A stretch of DNA of 63,828 nucleotides, filler included, from Octopus bimaculoides (lineage: Eukaryota): NCBI RefSeq assembly GCF_001194135.2. It is 5 parts of 5 records of this genome, joined end to end, with 100 filler letters (N's around TTAATTAATTAA, not from the genome) between each part and the next. Parts side by side here need not be neighbours in the genome. Positions count along the whole stretch, not along the records: positions 1 to 18,797 come from NC_068998.1; 4 more parts are not named here. One strand, given 5' to 3'. A program made the translations under genes and the position numbers. Shown one piece after another: positions 1 through 13,102 of this stretch; the first letter of the stretch is position 1; each line of letters begins with the position of its first letter. The notes under the pieces were generated by a model, which saw only the letters and a list, made by a program, of their open reading frames with translations, had not been told where the DNA came from and ran no database searches.

Positions 1-298
1 ATATATATATATGTACATGCATACATATTTATATGCGTGTATATGTATGTGTATTTGTTTTTAAATCGACATTCGGAATGTAGCTAGCATATTTATACAC
101 ACACGCACACACACAGACACATACACACACACACACATATATATATATACACACACATATACATATATATATATATATACATATATATACATATATATAT
201 GTGTGTATATATGTATATATATATATATATTTATTTATATCTATATTATTTATCAAAATATTTAAGTTGTTCTTTTTAAACTATTTGCATATATATAA

Positions 299-334
<36 letters not shown>

Positions 335-344
335 NNNNNNNNNN

Positions 345-380
<36 letters not shown>

Positions 381-495
381 TATTTATTTGAAAACGGAGT
401 GAAACAACTGTAAAAAAAAGGAAAAAAAAAGAGCAAAAACAAATACAGAAACATACATATATAAAGTACATAGAAAAAGCAACAACGACAAGACC

Positions 496-544
<49 letters not shown>

Positions 545-1129
545 GCAGCGCCAAATGGAATATACAAATGAGATATACGCGGAAAAACCACCAACACATT
601 TTCGAGAGGTATGGACTGTGTTACCACCACGACGAAATGGTCCTGTGGTTTAGGAGGTATTTAAGTGATGAAAAATAATCCATGTATATATGTATGTAAG
701 TATATATGTATCTATCTATATATATATATATGTATATCGATATATGTATGTGTTTATACGTGTGTATGTGCAGCAGCTTGAGAGCACGAGTGTGTGTACG
801 TGTGTGTACGTGTGTGTACGTGTGTGTACGTGTGTGTACGTGTGCAAATAGATACGTAAACCTATATAAATGCGTAACTGTCGATCAGTCTGTCTATCTT
901 TTTATTTATCGATATATGTACACACACACGTACACACACGCACCCAGTTCTGTTACTAGTTTGAAGCCAGAGGCTGCGGCCATGCTGGTGCAGCGTCTTG
1001 TACCTGTCTGTATGCTTTTTTTTGCGTGTGTAGATATGTCCGCATACAGTATCTACCAATGTTACTTTTGTGTTGGCCCTTTTTTCGTCTTACCTACATC
1101 GAGTTCTGTATGTAAAATTACATACTCAC

Positions 1130-1164
<35 letters not shown>

Positions 1165-1193
1165 TATGCCAACACTCATTCACACACAGTGAT

Positions 1194-1237
<44 letters not shown>

Positions 1238-1601
1238 CATTCACACACGTGTGTGTACTTGCGTGCTTGTCCATAATATATATATATATATATAACATAT
1301 TTAGTCGATGTATTATACTCATTATAACCCTGTCTATACCTGTGTGTGTGTTCGTGTGTGTGTGTTCGTGTGTGTGTGGAGAGAGGTATACATAAATACA
1401 CACACACGCACACACACACATATAAATTTGTTTTCTATTGTCCGTCGTGTGAGTGTAGAGTTTTCTATTTCACTCTATTACGGAAACACTCTCTGCCGAT
1501 ATTATTTACCTGTCGTATCCCCCGCTCTTTCTTTGTCTCTCCCTCGCCTTCCCTCTCTCTTTATCACTACATACATGCTTACGCACACACACACACATCT
1601 C

Positions 1602-1652
<51 letters not shown>

Positions 1653-1814
1653 ATCTATCTATCTATCCATCTATCTGTCTATCTATCTCTCTGTGTCTTT
1701 ATCTCTTTCTTTACCGATTTGTTAAATGAACATATCTATCTATCTATCGATCGATCGATCAATCTGCTTATCTGTCTGTCTGTCCCCCCCTCTCTCTCTC
1801 TCTCTCTCTCTATG

Positions 1815-1853
<39 letters not shown>

Positions 1854-1901
1854 GAATATACTGTCTGTTTATATTTACCTTTCACTCTTTCCCTTTATAT
1901 T

Positions 1902-1934
<33 letters not shown>

Positions 1935-2459
1935 CAATCTATCTATAATGTATAATTTATGAATGTACGTGTGTATGTATGCATGCATCTGTTTATCTAG
2001 ATATGTATATCTATAAATATATGAAAGCCAGCTAGCTAGCTAGCCAGGTAGGCCAACTACCCTCTTATAGCTGGTCACATATAAACCTGGCTAGCTTCGT
2101 CACACCCACCCCTTTCTCTCAACGCTTGTTTCAACCCCCGATACCCGATTGTTGCTCCAAAGATAAATATCTTTGCTACTGTACCCGGTGTGTTTTATTA
2201 GGTCTGTAGTAACTACTTCCTTATATATTTACTGCCTGGCGCGCTCACACGCACACACACGCGTTCGTTAACATATGTGCGTGTGCGCTGCTATACAAAC
2301 ACCCGCAAAAAACCAAAAGCACATACGTACGCACCCGTATACAAAGATCGATGAATGCTAGGAATGTACGCATGCACTCACGCACTTACACACACACAAA
2401 CACGGTTGTTTATATATTTATGTACCCACAACTACCTGTCCATATATATGATATATGAC

Positions 2460-2511
<52 letters not shown>

Positions 2512-2514
2512 AAA

Positions 2515-2655
2515 TTTATATTGAGGGTATTACTATACATAGATGCCTCATGCTAGGATGGATTCTTAAAGTGAAAACTATTATTATGGTAGTTTTGACT
2601 TTTAGAGTCCCTCCTAGCGTGAGGCATCAATGTATAGTAATACCTTTAACATAAA
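2515..2655. repeat. 141-bp foldback: 66-bp arms and a 9-nt loop
   Basis: Arm 2515-2580 versus the reverse complement of 2590-2655: 57/66 identical, no indels. Confidence 0.9.
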
Positions 2656-2782
2656 TAAATATATTTATAGGGAATAATTAATAAATTTTTCACTTATGAG
2701 GTTTTTTCACGCTAATTACTTGATAAATTCTTATAAAGATTTTACCCTATATTTAAATTGTATATAAATTGTATATATATCA

Positions 2783-3276
2783 AACCACATGGTTCCGGTT
2801 TCAGTCCCACTGCGTGCCACCTCCTTTGGCAAGTATCTTCTGCTATAGCCTCGGGTCGATCAAAGCCTTGTGAGTGGATTTGGTAGACGGAAACTGAAAG
2901 AAGCCCGTTGTATATATATATAATATACTACGTATGTATAGGCGCAGGCGTGGCTGTGAGATAAGGAACTTGCTTCCCAACCTCATGGTGCCTGGTTCAG
3001 TCCCACTACGTAGCTTCTTGCAAGTGTCTTCTACAATAGCCTCGGGCCTTCTGAGTGTATTTAGTAGACGGAAACTGAAAGAAGCCCCTCATATATATAT
3101 ATGCAAAAGTTTGTGTGTGTCTTTGTCCGCAGCTACCTCTTAACAACCGGTGCCGTAACTTAGTGGCTCGGCATAGAGACTGATAAAATCAGTAACAGGC
3201 CTTAGAAAAAATAATTACAGGTGTCGATTCGTCTAATTACAGTAACAACTAAGATGTGCAAGATACACACACACGC

Positions 3277-3340
<64 letters not shown>

Positions 3341-3783
3341 CAGGACAATGTAATTGCGTTGCAGCGTCGGTTAACCTCGTCTTTACCTCCCGTGCAATAC
3401 CTTTCACTCCGAAGTTATCTATCTGTTGCTTACCACATGGTTCCGGGTTCAGTCCCACTGCGTTCCACCTTGGGCAAGTGTCTTCTACTATAGCCGTGGG
3501 CCAACCAAAGCCTTGTGAGTGGATTTGGTAGATAGAAACTGAAAGAAGCCTGACGTATATGTACATATATATATATTATTTTATTCTTTTACTTGTTTCA
3601 GTCATTTGACAGCGCCTTTAGTCGAGCAAATCGTGTTCGTTCCCCCAGCATCGCTTGACAACCGACGTCGTTTTGTTTACGTCTCCGTAAGGTAGCTGTT
3701 CGACAAAAGAGACCGATAGAATAAATACTAGGCTTACAAAAAAATAAGTCCTGGGTAGGGGGTTCGATTTGTTCGATTTAAAG
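2783..3783 (+). mobile_element. Cluster of at least three SINE family A copies or fragments
   Basis: Repeated CCACATGGTTCCGG(G/T)TTCAGTCCCACTGCG..GGAAACTGAAAGAAGCC at about 2783, 2940 and 3430; tail pieces at 3580-3783. Confidence 0.85.
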
Positions 3784-4236
3784 NNNNNNNNNNNNNNNNN
3801 NNNNNNNNNNNNNNNNNNNNNNNNNNNNNNNNNNNNNNNNNNNNNNNNNNNNNNNNNNNNNNNNNNNNNNNNNNNNNNNNNNNNNNNNNNNNNNNNNNNN
3901 NNNNNNNNNNNNNNNNNNNNNNNNNNNNNNNNNNNNNNNNNNNNNNNNNNNNNNNNNNNNNNNNNNNNNNNNNNNNNNNNNNNNNNNNNNNNNNNNNNNN
4001 NNNNNNNNNNNNNNNNNNNNNNNNNNNNNNNNNNNNNNNNNNNNNNNNNNNNNNNNNNNNNNNNNNNNNNNNNNNNNNNNNNNNNNNNNNNNNNNNNNNN
4101 NNNNNNNNNNNNNNNNNNNNNNNNNNNNNNNNNNNNNNNNNNNNNNNNNNNNNNNNNNNNNNNNNNNNNNNNNNNNNNNNNNNNNNNNNNNNNNNNNNNN
4201 NNNNNNNNNNNNGTTTGCATGCATGCATGCGTGTGT

Positions 4237-4275
<39 letters not shown>

Positions 4276-6220
4276 CGTGTGTGTGTGTGTTGTATATGTG
4301 TATGCTGTATATGTGTATGTGTTTGCGTTCGTGTGCGCGCCAGTGCTTGCGTTTGTTTTGTGTGTGTTATCCCGCCGCTGGGCAACCGGTGTTTCTTTGT
4401 TTACGTCCCGTAAAGTAGCGGTTCGGCAATATGGATTGACCTAATAAAAAGTAACAGAATAAGAGAATAAAGTATAAATAAAGGAATATTGGCAATGTTT
4501 CGGTATAAGTACATGACGTCAGTCATGAATGGGTGTGTGTGTGTGTGCGTGCGTTATGTGTGTGAGCGTGTGTGATACGTGTGTGAGTGTGTGTGATATG
4601 TGTGATGTGTGTGATATGTGTGTGATATGTGTGTGAGAGTGTATTTGACTGGCCAACGCTGTCGAGCAGATGAAACGCAATGTCACACACTCATTCATAA
4701 CGTCATAGATTGTTACCGAAAGATTGCTTGAAGATATTTTCCCACAGTTTCGGTTTACAGTAAATGTATTGTATACCTGATATCCCATGGTTAATTGCCT
4801 AACATATTTATGCAAATCAGGCGCGTTATTGCCGAGTAGTTAAGAAGTTTGCTTCGTAACTGTGAAGTCCTAAGTTCTATCCCAATTCGTAGCATCTTCA
4901 GGAAATGTTATTCTTCATAACGTCGTGTGAACATATAAATTGTGACTGAAGGTCAATCTGTGCCAAACGGTTCTACTCTGCGTACTTTAGCTTCGTTTTT
5001 ATGGCAACAGTCCGGATACTTATTGATCAGACCACGTATATCCCATTCATAAACACACGATCAACGATCATACACACACGAACCTACTCTCTTTCTCTCT
5101 ATCTCTGTCTCTTACCGTTACCACCACATACGAAAGAAAAACAAAGCGAAAGAAATTGGCACACCTTGAATGAGGAGAGCACAACAACATATATAGATAC
5201 AATTACTTTCTGGGTTTCCTTGTTGTGGCCTACCTTGTATCGTCTTGAAAGGCTGTTGGGAAGACAAGTGTACATTTTTGCCTACTATGAACGGGTAGGA
5301 ACTTCTCCCACCCGCTGGCACTCGTTGTCGTAAACACCGCCAGCCCACACCAGGCCTGCCAACACACCCGTCGAAAGCAGCACAGAAAAAAAAAAAACAG
5401 AAAAGCAAAGATACTTTCAACGAGTAACAATGCTGTCAGGTCAGCTCAAGCCATGCGGAAGCAGTTGAGAAATTATTTCAAATACGTAGACTTAAGAATA
5501 TGAACCGAAAACTTTGTTGTTGTTGTTGTTGTTGTTGTTGTGGTGGCATTGTTTTCGTTGTTTGTTGTTTGTAGCTCATTGTTTAAGTTTTCTGTTTCAT
5601 TTTTCGTGTTCTCTTCTATTTTATCTTTAGCTATATTTATTTCCTTTTTTGCATTTTTTTTTTGTTTGCATTCTCTCCCCGTTCAGATCTTATTCACATA
5701 GACATTGTTGTCATAGCTTTCAAGTAATTGAATTAATTTTCTTTTTAAAAATTTCTTATTGAGCACTCATAGTAAAACTATATAGCATTTTTACGTTTTT
5801 CTTCTGAAACTCTTTTTTACGTTTTTGTGTTTTAAGATTTTTACGTTTATTGCGTTTTAACTTTTGTAAGCTACTTTTCTTTTGTATTTTGCGTTTGTAG
5901 ATGCATTTAAGTATGTCCTCTGAAGCATATGTGCATTATCAATACACAGGAATACACAGACATACACACACATAAATTGATACCCATAGTTTAGTGAAAT
6001 AATGAGATCAATGATAAAAACATTAAAAAAATTGAGTTGTTGCTTAGCAATCAAGCCGTCTTTTTTTTTTTGTTTTGCGTGCTGGGCTTAATGAATTTCA
6101 TATATTGTGGCTCCTTTCTTTTCTCTTTTCCGTTTACGTTTTCATTTCTTTTATATTTTGTTTCTTCTCTTTATCACTTTATCTCATTTCCATTCACCAT
6201 CTCATACTGTACAGGAATCC

Positions 6221-6297
<77 letters not shown>

Positions 6298-6964
6298 GCC
6301 ATAATATCGTCAGTCGTTACAGACTTGTTGGACCCGTCTAGTTACAGGCGAATCTCAGAATGGTAAAAAGTNNNNNNNNNNNNNNNNNNNNNNNNNNNNN
6401 NNNNNNNNNNNNNNNNNNNNNNNNNNNNNNNNNNNNNNNNNNNNNNNNNNNNNNNNNNNNNNNNNNNNNNNNNNNNNNNNNNNNNNNNNNNNNNNNNNNN
6501 NNNNNNNNNNNNNNNNNNNNNNNNNNNNNNNNNNNNNNNNNNNNNNNNNNNNNNNNNNNNNNNNNNNNNNNNNNNNNNNNNNNNNNNNNNNNNNNNNNNN
6601 NNNNNNNNNNNNNNNNNNNNNNNNNNNNNNNNNNNNNNNNNNNNNNNNNNNNNNNNNNNNNNNNNNNNNNNNNNNNNNNNNNNNNNNNNNNNNNNNNNNN
6701 NNNNNNNNNNNNNNNNNNNNNNNNNNNNNNNNNNNNNNNNNNNNNNNNNNNNNNNNNNNNNNNNNNNNNNNNNNNNNNNNNNNNNNNNNNNNNNNNNNNN
6801 NNNNNNNNNNNNNNNNNNNNNNNNNNNNNNNNNNNNNNNNNNNNNNNNNNNNNNNNNNNNNNNNNNNNNNNNNNNNNNNNNNNNNNNNNNNNNNNNNNNN
6901 NNNNNNNNNNNNNNNNNNNNNNNNNNNNNNNNNNNNNNNNNNNNNNNNNNNNNNNNNNNNNNNG

Positions 6965-7130
6965 GAGAATTCACAAAAAAAAACAGAAGTCGAAGACAAG
7001 TGGTGTAGACAACGAACAGATGTATTAGTTTAACGCTTGGGAAGTGAGAAAGTCTTTGACGTTTGGAGCCTACGCTCTTCCACAGAAAGGAACACAGAAA
7101 GAAACAAGAAAAGAAAAAAAATTAATGTGT
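6965..7130 (-). mobile_element. Penelope-like terminal repeat fragment with a hammerhead-like motif (7053-7089)
   Basis: Minus strand CUUU-CUGUGGA-A-GAGC GUAG GCUC-CAAA-CG-UC-AAAG; paralogous to 17575-17720. Confidence 0.6.
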
Positions 7131-7426
7131 AGTGGCTAGCGATGTATCAATGCGAATGTATATATATAGATACATGCATGCTTCTGCATTCATCGCAAAG
7201 TAAAACCATCCTACTGATAGTGACTAAGTACATTAGAGTCGTAACATCACGTTCAACATTTGATATGAATGATCAAGTTACAAGTGCTGAAAATCAATAC
7301 GTCCGCATTAACCACTAATCACGACTCAACAGAAGTGTGAAACAAGAAGCAAAAAAAAAAGGCGCCAAATACGAAGGCGACATTGTAAATATTGTTTAAA
7401 CGTTGATTGCGTAATGCAGAAGATAA

Positions 7427-7538
7427 ATGCGGCAAGGATGTTCGCCTCGAAACTACGTGAATGCTAGTTTCACATATTCGCTGTTAAGTCTTTATATCTG
7501 GAGTGCGACGGGGCCGACATTTCCCTACGAACTCACCG
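7427..7538 (+). CDS. Candidate first coding exon with a signal-peptide-like sequence (gene unidentified)
   Basis: ATG at 7427 gives MRQGCSPRNYVNASFTYSLLSLYIWSATGPTFPYELT, followed by donor-like ACCG|GTAGGG (phase 1), in non-repetitive CpG-containing sequence. No homology recognised. Confidence 0.35.
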
Positions 7539-7866
7539 GTAGGGGTTCTTTTGTCTCTCTCATTATTTTCCATCTGGTTTAGGGTTAAGAATCCTGATTG
7601 AATGAAGATATAAGGAGTAAAACTTAAGAAATGCAAACGGAATTATAAAATGAAAAACAATGATGAAAGAATAGCGTTTTTTTTTTAAAGTAAAATGAAA
7701 GATATCGGAAGGAATAAAATATAGAACGAAATGAAATGAGTGAATGACAATGATAATTTGAATTGAGAAGAGGTATTAAAATGAAGGAGTTTTTGTGAAA
7801 GAACAATTTGAAAAACACTTTGAAAAAGAAACAAATTAAATGATTAGGGGTGGGGAAATGACAGGA

Positions 7867-7978
<112 letters not shown>

Positions 7979-8955
7979 AAAAGAATCAAGAATGAGTCAG
8001 TGGTAAATGGTATGAAAGAAAGAGGATGAGTGAGAATGGGTAAAAGAAACGATGAGTAAAATGTGAATGAAAATGAAGTGGAATAAGTAAATCATTGAAA
8101 AATACTGAAAAAAGAAGAAGAAGAAGAAGAAGAAGAAGAAGAAGAAGAAGAAGAAGAAGAAGAAGAATGAAAGAGAAGGAAGGGGGGAGTAAATGGGTAC
8201 TACTTGTAAATTATTTGGTGAAAGAGATTAATGTAATATGGCAAGAGAGAGGGGAGAATAATAAAATTAGAAGGAAAGAAAGGGAAAGATTTCAAGAGTA
8301 AAGATGGGATGAATGAAAAAAGGCCGGACAGAAGGGAAGAAATAACGAACGAAATAGAAGAGGGAAGAAAAAGTTAGAAGTGAAAATGGATGAAAGCAGG
8401 TGAGAGAGATGAATGATATATAAAGAAAGAGAAGATAACAAAGGAAAGAAGAATGAGAAAAATAAAAGAACAAAACGAAAGGAAAGAAAGAAGAAAATAG
8501 AAAAGATAGAAAGACTGTACAAGGTGAATGAAAATGAAGTTAAAAGGAGTAAAAGAAAAGAAACGATGTTTTTAGAATGAAAGGAAAGAAACAGATAGGA
8601 GAAAGAGGAAGAGAGAATGAGAGAGGGAGAGAGTGTGGGAAGAACGAGAAAAAGAAGAGAGAGAGATGAAATGAAGAAAACACCAATTGAAATAGCAGAC
8701 CTAAATACCATAACCTCTATATTTAAAGTACTGATGTCTCATTGATGTTGGGTGTAACATACACACACAAACATTACATGTGTGTGTGTATGTGCGTGTA
8801 TGTATGTATGTATGTATGTATGTATTTATTGTGTGTGTTTTTGTGCAAAGAGTTTCATCTGTTTATTATCAAATTTGTCCCAAGCCACCATGACCACCAT
8901 CGCGCAATTTATACGTACTTAATGCTATTCACAGTAACAGAGGAGATGGGGATGA

Positions 8956-8987
<32 letters not shown>

Positions 8988-9134
8988 AGAAATGTGGTGG
9001 TGTAAAAGATAAAAATCTGAAATGACCGCCATGTCCTATGTTGTTAGCTTCTTTTCATTTTCTTGCATATATTCGATGTTCTTTATAACTCCAAATAGTC
9101 TCATTGTGCGTGTGGAGTGTCTCTTTTTCGTTAG

Positions 9135-9387
9135 AATTGTTGGAGCACAAAGGAGACGAATGTCAATACCCATGATCATCTTCAAGCCCCTTGAATCCGG
9201 TAGGATAAAGGATGGAACTTGTTTACAGAACGAAGAACCCCACTCCAAATGTTTTGCAACAATGGGTTCGTTGCAAGTCAAACCAAATGATAGATTTGAT
9301 GCACAGCCAAAGGACACTAACAGGCCATTGCTGAATGGGTTTGGACGATTCGATGCTTATGGTACCGTGCAGAGAGATCGAACTTGA
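9135..9387 (+). CDS. Candidate coding exon, possibly terminal (gene unidentified)
   Basis: Pyrimidine-rich acceptor CTCTTTTTCGTTAG at 9121-9134. Only one frame stays open: IVGAQRRRMSIPMIIFKPLESGRIKDGTCLQNEEPHSKCFATMGSLQVKPNDRFDAQPKDTNRPLLNGFGRFDAYGTVQRDRT-stop. Composition is not microsatellite-derived. Confidence 0.45.
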
Positions 9388-9630
9388 TTCTGCCTTTTAG
9401 TTTTACCTGATTGCTATTCTGAGATTTTAAATCTACGTAAAGTGAATGGTAAAGTGAGTGAGAAATGAAGGAAAAAGTTAAAAGAAATCTTGAAACAGAA
9501 ACAAATTAGGTGTAAGAAAATAAATGAAAGGGAGAGGAATGTGTGTGTGTGTGTGTGTGTGTTATTAACCCTATATCACTTTTGTGGTCAGCTCCACGAG
9601 CAGATATGACACTGCTATGCGTTTTCCTGA

Positions 9631-9678
9631 CTAACCCTTAGCCTAACCCTAACCCTAACCCTAACCCTAACCCTTAGC
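9631..9678 (-). repeat. Short interstitial telomere-type (TTAGGG)n tract
   Basis: Five perfect CCTAAC units at 9642-9671, with CTAACCCTTAG variants on both sides. Confidence 0.8.
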
Positions 9679-9974
9679 CTCAAACTGAGATCGTTCCGTC
9701 AGTTTATTTATTTCTTTCTTTCTTTCTTTATTTATTTATTCATTTATTTGTGTATGTCTGTGGAATAATAAATACAAGTCTAAGATATCAAAAATCTTCA
9801 ACTTTTCCAACTCGAAATTCTTAGGACTTTAGAGCGTCCATCTTTGTGATATTTATGCAGGCTGTTTTCGTAGACACATCTCATATCACGTATGTATCCA
9901 GGTGCAAACTCCCGGTGAGGTCAACTTTACATTCCATCCTCTCTGATGTCGGTTCTTTCTTTCTTTCTTTCTTA

Positions 9975-10140
9975 AGTCAATTACATCAACCCCAGTATTC
10001 CCTTGGTGCTTAATTTGTCGACCGCGAAAGGATAAAAGGCTAACTCGACCTCAGCGGAATTTGAACTCAGAACGTGCAGCGGACGAAATGGCACTAAACA
10101 TTTTGTCCGGCGTGCTAGCGATTCTGCCAGCTCGCCACCT
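9975..10140 (-). mobile_element. SINE family B copy abutting an (ATT/AAT)n tract
   Basis: Reverse complement AGGTGGCGAGCTGGCAGAATCGCTAGCACGCCGG..GAGTTCAAATTCCGCTGAGGTCGAG. Confidence 0.85.
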
Positions 10141-10150
10141 TAATAATAAT

Positions 10151-10246
<96 letters not shown>

Positions 10247-10634
10247 CTCAGGCTTCACGCCTATGACGGGAAAAAACAACTATTATTATGACACTTTTTT
10301 AAAGGGTTGAGAGGATTTATTCGACAGCCGGATATGCGGAAGCGGCAGAGAGAGGTCATCTGTATGTGCGAGTGTATGTGCGTGAGAACTTATTGATTTC
10401 TCTGGCAGATAAGAAGAGCTGGCGCTGGAGCGGTGACCACAAGAGATAAGGGTTGTGAGAATTGAGAACTGGTATGATTATGTATTATGACGTATGGAAG
10501 GGGTAGGAGGGCCTGGAGTAAAGTTAGTAAAACCAGCGACGAAGAACGCATTAAGGGTGGAGTATTGAGGTGGATCGTTGAAAGTGCTGGATTTAATAAA
10601 ATGGTTTTATTATTCCTTGTATATAGAGGCACAA

Positions 10635-11020
10635 GCGTTGATGTGTCACGTGGTTTCAGGCTCAGTCCTTCTGTGCGGCACCTTGGTTAAGTGTCTTCTA
10701 CTAGATCTGCGGAGCAACTAATGTCTTCTGAGTGAATTTGGCACGCAGAAACTGTGGAAGCCGTCGAATATATATTCTTTTATTCTTTTATTTGTTTCAG
10801 TCATTTGACCACGGCCATGCTGTAGCACCGCCTTTAGTCGAACAAATCGACCCCATGATTTACTTTTTGTAACCCAAGTACTTATTTTATCGGTCTCTTA
10901 TGCCGAACCGCTAAATCACAGGGACGTAAGTATACCAACATCGGTTGTCAAGCGATGTTGGGGGGACAAACACAGACACGCAAACACATACATACATATA
11001 TACATACAAATATATATATG
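10635..11020. mobile_element. SINE family A-related fragments: head half on +, tail half on -
   Basis: GGCACCTTGGTTAAGTGTCTT at about 10680; TTGTTTCAGTCATTTGAC..CATCGGTTGTCAAGCGATG at 10790-10970. Confidence 0.8.
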
Positions 11021-12330
11021 TATCTATTCGGTCATAAATAGCGAAACTCGATTATAGGGTTAACTAATTTTTTATTCACTCGAGTGCTTATTAGCAGCGT
11101 GCCGTATTAGTTATAACTTATCAAGCTTGTCCTGATACTACGAACAGACATTTATAACACATTCCAGTGGATACACGGGTTACTTATTAGCCTCAAGCGT
11201 AAAGAAACACAATCACTATATTTTATCTTTTCTAGTCTTCAACCACTTGCAATTATAACTTTTAAAGCTACTGTTAACTCTAATCGAACAACTTCTGATA
11301 TTCTTTGGTGAACTCACATTCATAACACTTTGTGTCACATTCATAACACATTCTGGACCAAAATACACCGAAGCTTTGAACAACAAAGCAAATCTTATGT
11401 AAAATTCCCAAAGGAATACGGCTTTCACAACTGGGACGGTCTGATAATCTGGTTGATATCGCTGTAAACTCGAACATCATAGAGTGCACTTAAATGAAGG
11501 CCATCTGCTTGATTAGCAAGTTCTCATTCATCAACACAACCCAGTCTTTATCTTACAGAGGTGCCATCTCCCCAAACTGCTTGCTGTGCCGCTAGTACAA
11601 CGGCTTTTTGTTTTTTCGGAGCTAGTTCCTTGTTTCTTTATATTTATTTATGTCAGTGATTTTCCTACGCGACACACTGGTCCTATCAAAGCCTTTTTCT
11701 CGCCCATTTTGTTTCGTACAACAAATAACGAACACAATACTAAATATCTTTTCCCCGTCCCCAGTACTTCGCGTTTATGTCACAAACACACACACACACA
11801 TATCAGAAACGCATACACGCATGCACATAAACACACATATATCCATACTCATATAAGAACGCTAGCAAACACACACACACACACAAAATCACAAATCCCT
11901 GCGTTCTTTTTTCCCATTCTATCTCACTAATTATGCATACATACATACATGTATGTGTGTGTATGCATGCAATAAACACACGTACATGCGTGTATATATA
12001 TATGCACATGTATGTGTGTATATATGTATATANNNNNNNNNNNNNNNNNNNNNNNNNNNNNNNNNNNNNNNNNNNNNNTATATATATATATATATATATA
12101 TATGCATATATATACACATACATACGTACATACATATACACACATATACATATATCTACACACACACATAAACGTAGACACGCACACAACAGGTGTGTCA
12201 CGACAATAGATTTGTTTTATTGAAACATTCATAACACCATTTAATTGCTTCTCTTCCATAACTTAATCATTTCCGTTCACCATGTGCTTACTCACTTCCT
12301 CCTCTACCCAGCAAGTTGCTACTACTACTT

Positions 12331-12389
<59 letters not shown>

Positions 12390-13102
12390 GAGGATGTGTG
12401 TTAGCCTTTATCTTAATTCGTCCAACACTGAGATCATCTAGAACCAGACTTCAGACATTTTTACTGTGGCTTTCATAACATCGAAGTCGTATTTTGCTTT
12501 CTTTTGCGCTCTTTCTCATTTATTTATTTATTCGTTCGTTCGTTCGTTGTAGTATTGTGATGATGATGGTGGTTGGTGGAAAATATTGTTATCGAAGTTT
12601 TGATATCGATTTTTTTTTTTTGTATGCCTATGATATCTTAAGAATTCTGAGCAACAACTAAATTGTATCTATCGCACATTTCTACGTCTATTCATCTATT
12701 CTTTCCATCAAAAACCTCGATTGAACCATCCTCAGATGGTGACGAAGGGATAAAGAATTTTGCTTACCAATCGATTAGTTTCTGCGTTCGATTCTACTCT
12801 ATGACAACTTGGGTCATTGCCTTTAAGCTTTTTTATTTTTTTAAATTTCGGATCGGGCTAATTCTTATTAATGAAATTAATAAACGGATATTATATGAAA
12901 AATGATCGTCGAATAAATTGGCCTTGTTAGTTAAAGATCCAGTTTTGTCATGTGTTATTGTTTCATACCAATGCTGCCAAAGAATTAACGTTAAGGGTAT
13001 ATGTGCCCGTGGTGTACTCAGCCATGTATACGTCAATTTAATGAAAAGATAGTTCGGTTAACTTTCTTTTAGTATTTTTTTGATAGAGATTAAAAGGGAA
13101 TT

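Noticed and set aside
29-1962. Many ORFs rich in YI/VC/HT/LS dipeptides, here and throughout the window
   Set aside because: They are translations of (AT)n, (AC)n, (AG)n and tetranucleotide microsatellites.
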